A stretch of DNA of 64,000 nt from NCBI GenBank assembly GCA_963765075.1, contig CAVXVA010000001.1, forward strand, positions 549,448 through 613,447, given 5' to 3'. The notes beneath the pieces were generated by a model that had not been told where the DNA came from, searched no databases, and was given only the letters and a program-made list of their open reading frames with translations. The number at the start of each line of letters is the position of its first letter. The stretch's first letter is position 1. Shown here one piece after another: positions 17,499 to 28,788 of this stretch. The position numbers and the translations under genes are program-made. This DNA is from an uncultured Acidimicrobiia bacterium. GTDB taxonomy: Bacteria > Actinomycetota > Acidimicrobiia > IMCC26256 > JAENVU01.

Positions 17499-19136
17499 TT
17501 ACCCTCGGGCCTCGGCGCGAAGCAAGCCATAGACGATCGAATCCGACAGCGCCTGCCAACTCGCTTCGATGATGTTCTCACTCACGCCGATCGTGGTCCA
17601 CGACTGCTCGCCGTCGGTGCTGTCGAGCAGGACCCGAGTGATCGCACCCGTTCCCTTCTGCGTGTCGAGGACGCGCACCTTGTAATCAGTGAGGTGAAGG
17701 CGATCGAGCGCCGGATACCGACCGGCCAAGGCCCGGCGCAGTGCCCGGTCGAGCGCGTTGACCGGACCGTTCCCCTCTTCCGTGGCGATCAGGCGCTCGT
17801 CACCGACCCAGACCTTGATCGTGGCCTCGGTCAAGACGCCATCCGGGGCCTCGCCCGGGTGGGTGGTCGGGCTGGCGTCGTCGGTGATCACCCGAAACGC
17901 CTCGGCCCGGAACCACGTGGGCTCCCAGCCGCTCGCCCGGCGCATGAGCAACTCCAGCGACGCATCCGCTACTTCGAAGTGGTACCCCTCGTGCTCGAGA
18001 TGCTTCAGCGTGTCGACCACTCGGTTGATCGTCGGTCCGTCGAGGTCAAGACCGAGTTCCTTGGCCTTGAGTTGGATCGTCGATTTCCCGGCGAGTTCGG
18101 ACATCACGAACCGGGTGCCGTTTCCGACCGTGTCGGGCGGCACGTGTTCGTACGCGTCCGGGCGCTTCACGATTGCGCTGACGTGCAACCCGGCCTTGTG
18201 CGCGAACGCCGACGAGCCGACGTAGGCCGCCTGCGGGTTCAACGCCATGTTGACGAGTTCGGCGACATGATGCGCGACGGGAGTCAGTCGCTCCATGCGC
18301 TCGGGCGGCAGCGTCTCGATCCCCATCTTGAGCGTCAGGTTCGGGATGATCGTCGTCAGGTTGCAGTTGCCCGTGCGCTCGCCGTAGCCGTTGATCGTGC
18401 CCTGCACCTGGGTCGCGCCGCCGAGCACACCGGCCAGCGCGTTGGCGACACCACATCCCGTGTCGTCGTGGAGGTGAACGCCCACACTCACGTCGGCCCC
18501 GAAGTACTCGACGACCGACCGCACCGTGGCTTCGACCTCGTGCGGCAGACTGCCGCCGTTGGTGTCGCAGAGGACCAGCGAATCAACTCCGGCCTGTACC
18601 GCGCCTTCGAGCACCCGCAAGCTGAACTCGGGATTGCGTTTGAACCCGTCGAAGAAGTGCTCCGCGTCGAACAACACCTCCCGGCCGAGCGATTTGAGGT
18701 AGTCGACGGAGTCCGCGACCATGAGCACGCCTTCGTCGAGCGTGGTGTCGAGGGTCTCCAACACGTGGTAGTCCCAGCACTTGCCCACGATGCAGACCGC
18801 GGTGGTGTTGGCCTCCACGAGGTGACGCAACGTGTCGTCCGAGTCGACCTTGCCCTTGACCCGTCGGGTCATGCCAAACGCGACCAGCTTGGAATGCTCG
18901 AGCACGAGTTCGTGCTGGGCGCGCTGGAACAGTTCGTTGTCCTTCGGGTTCGCGCCCGGCCAGCCCGCCTCGATGTAGTCCACGCCGAGCCAATCGAGCT
19001 GCTCCGCGATTCGCAACTTGTCGTCGACCGTGAGGGAAATGCCTTCGAGTTGGGAACCGTCCCGCAGCGTCGTGTCGTAGATCTCGACGCGTGCCGGCAA
19101 TCCCGCAACCCGCGCGTGTGGCTCAGTCGTCGACAT
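17499..19136 (-). CDS. cimA: citramalate synthase (LeuA/CimA family, CimA-type)
   Basis: IYDTTLRDGSQLEGISLTVDDKLRIAEQLD, HLHDDTGCGVANALAG, and a LeuA-dimer-type C-terminus (..EGNGPVNALDRALRRAL..TDYKVRVLD..). ATG at 19136; the upstream 21 codons of the track ORF are unlikely. Overlaps the ilvE stop by 14 nt. Confidence 0.8.
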   Translation of the reverse strand: MSTTEPHARVAGLPARVEIYDTTLRDGSQLEGISLTVDDKLRIAEQLDWLGVDYIEAGWPGANPKDNELFQRAQHELVLEHSKLVAFGMTRRVKGKVDSDDTLRHLVEANTTAVCIVGKCWDYHVLETLDTTLDEGVLMVADSVDYLKSLGREVLFDAEHFFDGFKRNPEFSLRVLEGAVQAGVDSLVLCDTNGGSLPHEVEATVRSVVEYFGADVSVGVHLHDDTGCGVANALAGVLGGATQVQGTINGYGERTGNCNLTTIIPNLTLKMGIETLPPERMERLTPVAHHVAELVNMALNPQAAYVGSSAFAHKAGLHVSAIVKRPDAYEHVPPDTVGNGTRFVMSELAGKSTIQLKAKELGLDLDGPTINRVVDTLKHLEHEGYHFEVADASLELLMRRASGWEPTWFRAEAFRVITDDASPTTHPGEAPDGVLTEATIKVWVGDERLIATEEGNGPVNALDRALRRALAGRYPALDRLHLTDYKVRVLDTQKGTGAITRVLLDSTDGEQSWTTIGVSENIIEASWQALSDSIVYGLLRAEARG

Positions 19137-20043
19137 GTTCACACCAGCTCTGATAGGCCTCGACCTGACCGCGCACCGCTCGCGCGTACTCGGCGGCAAT
19201 CACCTGAGTACTCGGACCGGGGCACGGAATCACACGGTCGTCGACCGAGTTGACCGCGCTCACCTCGGCGGCGGTTCCACAGACGAACATCTCCTCCGCG
19301 ATGTACAGATCGCTCCGGGTGAGGTTGTCGACCCGCACCTCGATCCCCTTGTCTCGCGCGATCGTCATCACCGAACTCTGGGTAATGCCTTCGAGCGCGC
19401 CGGCGGAGGTCGGTGGCGTGAGCAACACTCCGTTGCGAGCCACGAAGATGTTCTCGCCGGTGCACTCGCTGACGTGACCGTCGAGACTCAACATGATCGC
19501 TTCGTCGTATCCGGCCTTGAGCGCTTCGACCTTGGCCAGCGACGAGTTGACGTAGTTGCCGGTCGTCTTCGATGCCGGTGGCATCACGTTGTGATCGTGG
19601 CGGGCCCACGAACTGATCTTCATGCGCACACCCCGGGTCACGGCGTCGTCGCCGAGGTAGGCGCCCCACGGCCAACAGGCCACCGAGACGTCGACCGTGC
19701 ACGGCAGCGTGTTGAGTCCCATTTCGCCGTAGCCGTAGTACGCAATCGGCCGCACGTAACAACTCGGAAGCCCCGAGGCCCGCACGGTGTCCTTGCAGGC
19801 CTGGACGATCTCGTCGACGGAGTACGGGATCTCCATCATCATGATCTTGGCGGAGTCGAAGAGTCGTTCGATGTGCTCGGTCAGGCGGAAGATCGCCGGG
19901 CCGCGGTCGGTTTCGTACGCGCGGATGCCTTCGAACACCCCGGTGCCGTAATGCAGCGTGTGGGTGAGGACATGGATCTTGGCGTCGTCCCAATCGACGA
20001 GGCGACCGTTCATCCAGATCTGCTTGGTGGCTTCGATCGGCAT
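19123..20043 (-). CDS. ilvE: branched-chain amino acid aminotransferase
   Basis: 306 aa. IWMNGRLVDWDDAKIHVLTHTLHYGTGVFEGIRAY.. and the class IV aminotransferase pattern. Confidence 0.9.
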   Translation of the reverse strand: MPIEATKQIWMNGRLVDWDDAKIHVLTHTLHYGTGVFEGIRAYETDRGPAIFRLTEHIERLFDSAKIMMMEIPYSVDEIVQACKDTVRASGLPSCYVRPIAYYGYGEMGLNTLPCTVDVSVACWPWGAYLGDDAVTRGVRMKISSWARHDHNVMPPASKTTGNYVNSSLAKVEALKAGYDEAIMLSLDGHVSECTGENIFVARNGVLLTPPTSAGALEGITQSSVMTIARDKGIEVRVDNLTRSDLYIAEEMFVCGTAAEVSAVNSVDDRVIPCPGPSTQVIAAEYARAVRGQVEAYQSWCEHVDD

Positions 20044-20045
20044 GG

Positions 20046-21038
20046 CTACACCCTTTCCGCGATACGTGAGCCGACCTCAGACGTCGAGCCCGTGATGTCG
20101 TCCGACGTGCGGACTGCTTCGTGAATTCGCGTTGCCGCGTCGGTCTCGCCGAGGAACTCGAGCATCATCGCTGCGCTGATGATCGCGGCGCGAGGGTCGG
20201 CAACTCCGGTGCCCGCGATGTCGGGGGCCGAACCGTGGACCGGTTCGAACAGCGACGGTCCGGTGCGGGCGGGATTCAGGTTGCCCGACGCGGCCCGGCC
20301 GATGCCGCCACCGATCGCCCCACCGAGATCGGTGAGGATGTCGCCGAACAAGTTGTCGGTCACGATGACGTCGTACTTCTCCGGACGCTGCACGAAGTGG
20401 ATGCACGCCGCGTCGATGTGGTCGTACCCGGTGGTGACCGCGGGGTACTCCGCCGCAACGATGTCGAACGTGCGCTGCCACAGATCGCCGGCGAAGGTCA
20501 GAACATTCGTCTTGTGCACCAGGTGCACGCGGCGAGCCTCGCGACTCTGGGCGAGATCGAACGCATACCGGATACACCGTTCGACGCCCATCCGCGTGTT
20601 GACCGATCCCTGCGTTGCGATCTCGTGGGGGGTGTCCTTCCGGAGAAACCCGCCCTCGCCGGCGTAGCTGCCCTCGGTGTTCTCCCGGATCACGATCATG
20701 TCGACGCCGTGATTGAGCGCGCTCGGCGGCGCGAGGAACGGCCGGTGGTTGATATACAGATCGAGCGCGAATCTCATCTTCAGGAGAAGACCGCGCTCCA
20801 AGACGCCGGGCGGCACCTCAGGGGTCCCGACCGCACCCAGGAGTATTGCGTCGAGGGTGGCCAACTCCGCGAGCACGTCGTCGGGCAACACGTCGCCCGT
20901 TGCGAGGTATCGAGTACCGCCCAGGTCGTACGGGACCGGTTCGTAGGCCACTCCGGTCGCGTCGACGACCTTGAGCGCCTCGGCCACGACCTCCGGGCCG
21001 ATCCCGTCACCGCCGATGATCCCGATCCGATGGGCCAC
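20046..21038 (-). CDS. leuB: 3-isopropylmalate dehydrogenase
   Basis: HRIGIIGGDGIGPEV and NLFGDILTDLGG motifs. AAGGAG Shine-Dalgarno 7 nt before GTG 21038. The upstream 120 codons of the 453-aa track ORF are not protein-like. Confidence 0.9.
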   Translation of the reverse strand: MAHRIGIIGGDGIGPEVVAEALKVVDATGVAYEPVPYDLGGTRYLATGDVLPDDVLAELATLDAILLGAVGTPEVPPGVLERGLLLKMRFALDLYINHRPFLAPPSALNHGVDMIVIRENTEGSYAGEGGFLRKDTPHEIATQGSVNTRMGVERCIRYAFDLAQSREARRVHLVHKTNVLTFAGDLWQRTFDIVAAEYPAVTTGYDHIDAACIHFVQRPEKYDVIVTDNLFGDILTDLGGAIGGGIGRAASGNLNPARTGPSLFEPVHGSAPDIAGTGVADPRAAIISAAMMLEFLGETDAATRIHEAVRTSDDITGSTSEVGSRIAERV

Positions 21039-21102
21039 GCCCGCACTCCTTGCTCTGAGATCCGATGGGATCCGCTCCAGTCGGCGGGGACCCCTGACAA
21101 CG

Positions 21103-21127
21103 AAAAACCGCCCACCGAAGTGGACGG
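21103..21127 (-). terminator. intrinsic terminator in the leuB-ilvE-cimA leader (attenuator)
   Basis: Minus-strand RNA CCGUCCAC-UUCG-GUGGGCGG (8-bp stem, UUCG tetraloop) followed by UUUUUCGUUG, ending 64 nt upstream of the leuB start. No upstream co-oriented gene exists that it could be terminating. Confidence 0.7.
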
Positions 21128-21156
21128 TTGAACGCGAACGCCGATGCGGCGCCCGC

Positions 21157-21189
21157 CTACGAAATAATGGTGACGAACGAGGTGAACAT
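21157..21189 (-). promoter_or_regulatory. candidate leader peptide MFTSFVTIIS upstream of leuB-ilvE-cimA
   Basis: ATG TTC ACC TCG TTC GTC ACC ATT ATT TCG TAG, with Val and two consecutive rare ATT Ile codons just before the stop. It lies 30 nt upstream of the terminator. TATCCT (a TANNNT -10-like hexamer) ends 9 nt before the ATG, so the transcript may be leaderless. No Shine-Dalgarno. Confidence 0.4.
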
Positions 21190-21324
21190 GCTGGGCGGAG
21201 GATAGCAGGCTCACCCCGAGGCCTCCCTGGGATACACGGAGGGCAGAACGTCCAACTCCCCCGAGACGTGGCGGTCGTTCCCGGCCGCGCCGACGAACCG
21301 GCCCGACTCTGGCAGGATTCGCCG

Positions 21325-22044
21325 ATGCGCCCCTTACCTCGTTGCTCATCCCGATCCGAATCCGGTGGCATCAGCACGATCCTGATTTCGATCGTCGTCC
21401 TCGTCATCGCCGCCGGTGGCGCCGCCTACTGGTTCCTGATTCGCGAAGACGCGAAACCCAAGCCGAAGATCACCAACACCAAGGTCGTGGCCGGTAGCTC
21501 GATCGACGGCGGGTGGAAGATCTCCACCACCACGCCCGACGCCACCTTCGTGCAGTACCGAATCGGCGAGACGTTCGCGAGCGGCCTCGTCGAGAGCACG
21601 GCGACCGGGAAGTCGACCGAGGTCACGGGTTCGTTGACCGTGAACGGTTCCGAGGTCAGCGACATCACCGTCACCGCCAACCTCGCCGCACTGACGTCGG
21701 ACAAGTCGTTCCGCGACACTGCGCTGAAGACCCGCGGGCTCGAGACCGACACGTTCAAGGATGCGACCTTTACGGCCACCGCACCGGTGACGCTGCCCAA
21801 TGCGCCCGCCACCGGTGCGACGGTCTCGGTCGACGTCACGGGCGACCTCACACTGCACGGCGTCACGAAGACCGTGACGATCCCCTTGCAGGGCCGGTGG
21901 GACGGCAAGCAGATCCAAGTGATCGGCGAACTGGACATCACGCTGGCCGACTACGGGATCACTCCCCCGAGCGGCGGTCCGATCGCCAGTATCAACGATT
22001 CGGGCACTTTGGAACTCCAGCTCACCTTCGACAAGGCCAGCTGA
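21325..22044 (+). CDS. YceI family protein with an N-terminal membrane anchor
   Basis: TM segment ISTILISIVVLVIAAGGAAYWFL, then ...GSLTVNGSEVSDITVTANLAALTSDKSFRDTALK..LTLHGVTKTVTIPL.. typical of YceI. The first in-frame ATG is 21325. Confidence 0.8.
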   Translation: MRPLPRCSSRSESGGISTILISIVVLVIAAGGAAYWFLIREDAKPKPKITNTKVVAGSSIDGGWKISTTTPDATFVQYRIGETFASGLVESTATGKSTEVTGSLTVNGSEVSDITVTANLAALTSDKSFRDTALKTRGLETDTFKDATFTATAPVTLPNAPATGATVSVDVTGDLTLHGVTKTVTIPLQGRWDGKQIQVIGELDITLADYGITPPSGGPIASINDSGTLELQLTFDKAS

Positions 22045-22072
22045 GCCGCGACCTGCGGGTACCCTCCCCCGG

Positions 22073-22546
22073 ATGGAACCATCTCAGTTCTCCGCCACCA
22101 CCCACGAGCGGCTGGTGTCCGAACTCGGACACCGGAGTGGTCCACTGCGCCTCGAGATCGCGGAACGGATCGAGCGGGCGCGTGAGTTGGGTGACCTCAA
22201 GGAGAACGCCGACTACGACGCGGCCAAGAACGAGCAAGGCCTCAACGAGGCCCGCGTCCGTCAGCTCGAAGCAATGCTCCGCTACGCCGTCATCGTCGAC
22301 GGCCCGAGCGGCGACATCGTGGAAGCCGGCGTCATCGTCGAGATCCGCATCAGCGGCGACGACGAGACGCAGTCGTACCTGATCGGCTCCATCGAAGAGC
22401 GCAACGACACCTACGAGGTGCTCTCCACGAGTTCGCCGCTCGGTCAGGCGCTCATCGGCAAGCAGCTCGGCGACGCGGCAACCTACGAGACGCCCCGCAA
22501 GGCCACCCTCGAGGTCGAGATCGTGTCGATCCGACCACTCGCCTAA
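22073..22546 (+). CDS. greA: transcription elongation factor GreA
   Basis: 157 aa. ARELGDLKENADYDAAKNEQG and SPLGQALIGK motifs. Confidence 0.9.
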   Translation: MEPSQFSATTHERLVSELGHRSGPLRLEIAERIERARELGDLKENADYDAAKNEQGLNEARVRQLEAMLRYAVIVDGPSGDIVEAGVIVEIRISGDDETQSYLIGSIEERNDTYEVLSTSSPLGQALIGKQLGDAATYETPRKATLEVEIVSIRPLA

Positions 22547-22547
22547 T

Positions 22548-25233
22548 CTAACCCCCGACGAGCCGACCGAACCGGCCGCGACCGCGCACTTCCCCACTGA
22601 CCGCCGCTCGGATTGCTTGCTTCTGTTCGCGTCCGAGTTTGGCCCCGTCACGATCGGTCAGCGAGAAGCGGTCGATGGCCTGACCGTCGACCGTGTCGAA
22701 CTGGGCGGCATGCACGCTCACCCCGGCGATGCTCAACGCGGCGGCAATCGTCGACAACAACCCTGGTTGGTCGAGGTGTCGAATCTCGCAGATCGTGTAC
22801 CAAGGAGACCCCGCATCGTCGAAGGCGATCTCGGTCTCCGTCAACGCCTCGGACTCGACCCGCTCTCCGAGCCGACGGCTGATCTCGGCGCCGAGCTCGT
22901 CGGGACTCGGCACGACACTCCCCGGACGCGGCTCGACGTCGAAGGATTCGAGTGCACCCCCGTCACCCCAGGTCGCGACCTGCGCGCGCACGACGTCGAG
23001 TTCACGTTCGGCGAAGGCACCGGTCACGGCGGCGAGGATTCCCGGCTGGTCCCGCGTCGCGACGTCGATCACGACACCGCCATCCGGGCGGGCACCGATC
23101 GCGACTCGCACCTCTCGCCGCTCGGGTCGAGGCTCGATCAACCGGGCCGTGGCCACCACTCGTTCAGGGAGTTCGGCCAGGAGATACGACCGGGGCGCAT
23201 GGCGGATGCGATCGGCGAGCGCGGCATCGGCACCGGCGAACCGAATTGCGGTGTCGCGACGGTGAGTGAACTCGCTCGGTTCGTTGCGGTCGCCCATGTC
23301 TTCGACCGCGCTCAGCACCCGGCCGAGCAGCGTATCGAGTCGTTCCCGAGCCGCCGGTTCGAGTGGCCCTTCGGCGAGGTCCAACAGGTAGAGCCCACGG
23401 ACGCGCTCCAGTTCGCCGAGATGGGTCGCCAACGACAGTACCGATGACTCACCGAGCCCGTTGGCCCGTTCGGCGCTCCCGCGCATCAGCCCGCGATCGC
23501 CCGTCAGCGCCAGGAGCCCGTCGTGATCGTCGGCCGGAAGTTCGAGGCGGTTCGCCAGCGACGCCACCAACTCCACGGGCGGATGCTCCCCGGTGAGGTC
23601 GGCGACCAACGCGGCGAGGACCAGCAACTCCGCGATTCTCGAGGCGTTCGGCGACCGCCGCGGCCCGGCGATCGTGCCGGATGCTGTGCTGCAGCGCGTC
23701 GACCGCATCGAACCGCACCACTTGGGTCGGGTCGCTGAGTTCCGGGTCCCGGTGCCAACGATCGACGGCCTCGGCGACCTCGGGGAGGGAACGCACCAGC
23801 ACGCCGGACGTGTCGAGAAAGCGCCAACCACGATCGTTGCCGCGCATCAGCACCTCGACGAGCCGCTCGGTGGCCTCGCCACCCCACGAGATGGGCGCAC
23901 CGCGGCCCAACCAGTCGAGCAACTTCGGCCCCGGTCGCGCGCCGCTCGACACCAGAAGCGCGGCGTCGAGCGCGAGCACGGTCTGCAACTCGGCCGGCGG
24001 CGTCGCCGCCAGATCGACCACCCCGTCATCGACCCACAGCCAACCCGAGGCCGGCATCGGGTCGACGGTCTCCGGCGGCATCGTGTTGGCCAGTGTGCGT
24101 AGCCGGAATCGGAGCAACGGGGGTGCCAAGAGGGTCGTGATCAGCACCACCAGCACCAGCGCGGCGTACAGGTCGCGATCCAACACGCCCTGGCTCAACC
24201 CGATAGTCGCGAAGATCAGGCCGACCTCACCGCGCGGGATCATCCCGAAACCGATCGTGATCTTGTCGCCCGGCGAACCGAACACTGCGAGCGACGACGC
24301 CATCTTGGTCAGGAAGGCCACGACAACGAGGACACCGGCGATCCCGAGCACCTTGGGGTCGACGAAGCGCTCGACCTCAGCCACGATCCCGATTTGCAGG
24401 AAGAACACCGGCACGAAGAGGTGGCCGACGGGTGTGAGCTCCCGTGCGATCCGGTCGCGGGCCTCGGACCGAGACAACGCGAGCCCAGCGACGAATGCAC
24501 CGACGATGGGGGCCAACTTCGCGAGGTGCGCCAACTCCGCGAACGCCAACGCGAACGCCAACGCCAACGCCACCAACGTGCCCGCCGACCGGGAGTGCTT
24601 CTGAATCTCGCGGAAGAGGAACACTCCGAGCCGGCCACCGAGCACCGTCGTCACCACGAGGAACCCGACGGCGAGCAGGATCGTGGAGATCACCGTCGCG
24701 GCCGACACCGAGCCGTCGCCGACCATCCGGACGACGATGGTCAGCAGGACGAGACCGAGGACATCGTCGGTAACTGCTGCACCCATGACCGTGCGCGCTT
24801 CCACCGACGACAGGACGCCGAGGTCGCCAAAGACGCGGGCCGTGATTCCCACACTCGTGGCCGACAACGCCGCACCGAGGAACAGCGCCGTGTTCGAGTC
24901 GTATCCGAGTGCCAACCCGGCGCTGTACCCGAGGATCAGCGGTAACACCACGCCGAGGACTGCGACCGAGACCGACGCCCGCCCCACCGCCGCAAGATCC
25001 TTGATGTCCATCTCCATACCGACCTGAAGCAGCAGCAGGATGACGCCGAGCTCGGCCAGCACTTCGAGCGTGCTGTTCGTCGACACCAGACCGAACAGCG
25101 AGGGCCCGATCAAGACACCGGCGACGATCTCGCCGACCACGGCGGGCACGCCGATCCGCTCGGCGATCTCGGCCGCGATCTTGGCCGCGACCAGAATGAT
25201 CAGGACGTCGCGCAAGACCTCGGTCGCGCTCAC
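22548..25233 (-). pseudogene. cation:proton antiporter (CPA2/Kef-type) fused to a GlnD-like HD-like + 2xACT module; frame broken once near 23640
   Basis: N-terminal 395 aa: Na+/H+-exchanger-type membrane domain (..GVPAVVGEIVAGVLIGPS..). The same ORF continues without a stop into a soluble region (..LVRSLPEVAEAVDRWHRDPELSDPTQVVRFDAVDAL..). After the frame break come two ACT-like domains (..DVATRDQPGILAAVTGAFAERELDVVRAQV.. and ..IRHLDQPGLLSTIAAALSIAGVSVHAAQF..). GTG start at 25233. Confidence 0.7.
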
Positions 25234-25718
25234 GGAGTTCGGTCCACGGACTGGAGCAGGTAGCCCCGCGATCGGACCGTACGCACCTCGAGCCCGAGCG
25301 TCGCGATCCGTCGCCGCAGCCGCACCATGTGCACATCGAGTGCGTTCCGAGACGGCAAGCCGTCCGGCCAGGCCCGTTTCCGGAGGATGTCACGACCGGC
25401 CACGGCCCCGTACTTCTCGATCAATGGCTCCGCCAGCGCCCGCTCGACCGGCGAGAGCGACACCCAGCTCCCCCGGAACCACAGCAAGCCGTCGTCATCG
25501 ACCGTCGGGCGGTCCGTGTCCGACCGGGCGACCAACGCGGTGAGTCGGGCTCGCATGTCTTGGTCGTCGGCCGGGAGTCGGATCCAGTCTTCGAGCGGAT
25601 CGCGACACTCCGGGGGTGAGGTCCCGGGTTCTACGAGGAGCAATCGGGGCCGAGCCCCCGCCTCGAGTTCGACTCGTCGCGACGATTCTTCCGGCCAGCG
25701 CAGGAGCACCACATCCAT
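25230..25718 (-). CDS. OmpR/PhoB-type winged-helix DNA-binding protein lacking a canonical receiver domain
   Basis: The C-terminus LSPVERALAEPLIEKYGAVAGRDILRKRAWPDGLPSRNALDVHMVRLRRRIATLGLEVRTVRSRGYLL matches the Trans_reg_C pattern. The N-terminal 70 aa lack the DD..D..K receiver residues. Start taken at MDVVLLRW (25718). The stop overlaps the antiporter start by 4 nt. Confidence 0.6.
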   Translation of the reverse strand: MDVVLLRWPEESSRRVELEAGARPRLLLVEPGTSPPECRDPLEDWIRLPADDQDMRARLTALVARSDTDRPTVDDDGLLWFRGSWVSLSPVERALAEPLIEKYGAVAGRDILRKRAWPDGLPSRNALDVHMVRLRRRIATLGLEVRTVRSRGYLLQSVDRTP

Positions 25719-25881
25719 GGGCAGCACGGTACGGTCGCGGCGTTTCCGGCATGTTTCGAGCCGGTGAAGGGTCTCCGTCCCCACCCGCCAACCGGCGGGC
25801 GGCGGATTTCGACGGGGTACCCAACGAAGCCGACCCGTATGCTGACCGACTCCGAACCGGACTCGAGGAGACATCGTCGGT

Positions 25882-27286
<1,405 letters not shown>

Positions 27287-27287
<1 letters not shown>

Positions 27288-27886
27288 TGCAGGCCGTACG
27301 CGAAATCGTGGCGCGGGGTATCCCGCTCGACCGCTCCGACGTCGACACCGACCAGATCATCCCGTCCGATTGGCTCAAGCGAGTCGAGCGCACGGGATTC
27401 GGCGAGGGGCTCTTCTCCGAGTGGCGGCAACGGTCCGACTTCGTCCTGAACCAGGATCGCTACGCCGACGCCCACATTCTGGTCGCCGGCCCCAACTTCG
27501 GTACCGGTTCGTCCCGCGAGCACGCGGTGTGGGCGCTCCAGGATTACGGATTCCAGGCGGTGATCTCGTCACGGTTCGCCGACATCTTTCGGAACAACGC
27601 CCTCAAAGGCGGCCTCGTCCCCGTCACCGTGCCCGAACCGGTCGTGCGGACCATCATGGCGGCCATCGACGACGACGCGTCGACCGAGATCGTCGTCGAC
27701 GTCGTCAATCGACGCGTCGCGGTTCCGGCGATCGACTTGGACGAGCCGTTCGAACTCGACGACTACACCCAGCACCGGCTGCTCGAAGGTCTCGACGACA
27801 TCGGAATCACCGAATCCCACGGCTCGGACATCACTACCTTCGAAGCGACCCGTCCGGCGTATCTACCGGCCGCCCCCGTCGCCTAA
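27287..27886 (+). CDS. leuD: 3-isopropylmalate dehydratase small subunit
   Basis: ATG overlaps the leuC TGA (TGATG). [20 protein letters not shown] and [17 protein letters not shown] motifs. Confidence 0.9.
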
Positions 27887-27895
27887 GCCGCGCGA

Positions 27896-28744
27896 CTACC
27901 GGGACAGCACGTACGTCACGATCGCGGCGTTGTAGAGCGCGTGGGTCACGATGCCGGGCCCGAGCCGTTTGAACGAGTAGCGCAGGATCCCCAACATCGC
28001 ACCCAGCGGTGCGATCAGCAGGAACACCCCAAGGTTGCCGCGAGCATCCGTCGGTCCGAGATGTACGAGGCCGAACAGCACGGCTTGCAGGATGATGCCG
28101 ATCGCGGCACCCCAGCGGCTCACCAGACCGCTCATCAGCAACCCGCGAAAGAAGAGTTCCTCGACGATCGGCGCGCCGATCACCGCGATGATCACGATGA
28201 TGATCGTCGTCAGGGAGCTCCGCCGGAGTGGTTCCATCAGGCTCTCGCGATGCGGTTCGATGCCGATCGACTTCAGGGCGCGCGCGATGTTGCCCACCCC
28301 GATGAGCGCGGCCACCGCGAACCCGAGCCCGAGCGCGAGGTCGATCCACCGAACGGTGAACCCCAGGTCGTGGAGCGAGCCGCTCCCGCGTCGGCGAACC
28401 GCCACCACACAGGCCACCACGAGCGGTATCCAGAGACCGAGTTGCACGGCGAGGGTGAGCCACGGGCTCGTCCGATCGACGCCGATCAGCCGCTCGAGCA
28501 CGAAGTACACGATGAGCGACCCGACCACCCCACCAATGGCACCGAGCAGCGCGATCCAGCCGGCCCGAATCGGCCGACTCTGATCTTCCACCGTTCGGAC
28601 GGGCACAGACGCACCCGCCGCGTTCGTCGCGACCAGGGGCTGATGGTCGGTGTATCCCGACCATTGACTGCCGTCCCACCAGCGCCAGTTGGCGACGCGC
28701 CACGGATCGGCGTACCAGCCCGCGGGCGGTGACGGCATCGTCAT
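27896..28744 (-). CDS. CPBP family intramembrane glutamic endopeptidase (CAAX/Abi) with an N-terminal DUF2510-like GWY..W motif
   Basis: PAGWYADPW..WRWWDGSQW, then several TM segments with EELFFRGLL, FGLVH and HALYN motifs. ATG at 28744; the Arg-rich upstream 66 codons of the track ORF are unlikely. Confidence 0.8.
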   Translation of the reverse strand: MTMPSPPAGWYADPWRVANWRWWDGSQWSGYTDHQPLVATNAAGASVPVRTVEDQSRPIRAGWIALLGAIGGVVGSLIVYFVLERLIGVDRTSPWLTLAVQLGLWIPLVVACVVAVRRRGSGSLHDLGFTVRWIDLALGLGFAVAALIGVGNIARALKSIGIEPHRESLMEPLRRSSLTTIIIVIIAVIGAPIVEELFFRGLLMSGLVSRWGAAIGIILQAVLFGLVHLGPTDARGNLGVFLLIAPLGAMLGILRYSFKRLGPGIVTHALYNAAIVTYVLSR

Positions 28745-28788
28745 CGCGTGGATCCTGTCACTCCCTCGCCGGACGCGAGGCGATCCGG

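Noticed and set aside
25719-25881. A leader peptide or attenuator upstream of leuC, analogous to those of leuA and leuB.
   Set aside because: Only a 6-bp hairpin (CCCGCC-AACC-GGCGGG) without a U tract was found, and no Leu-rich mini-ORF.
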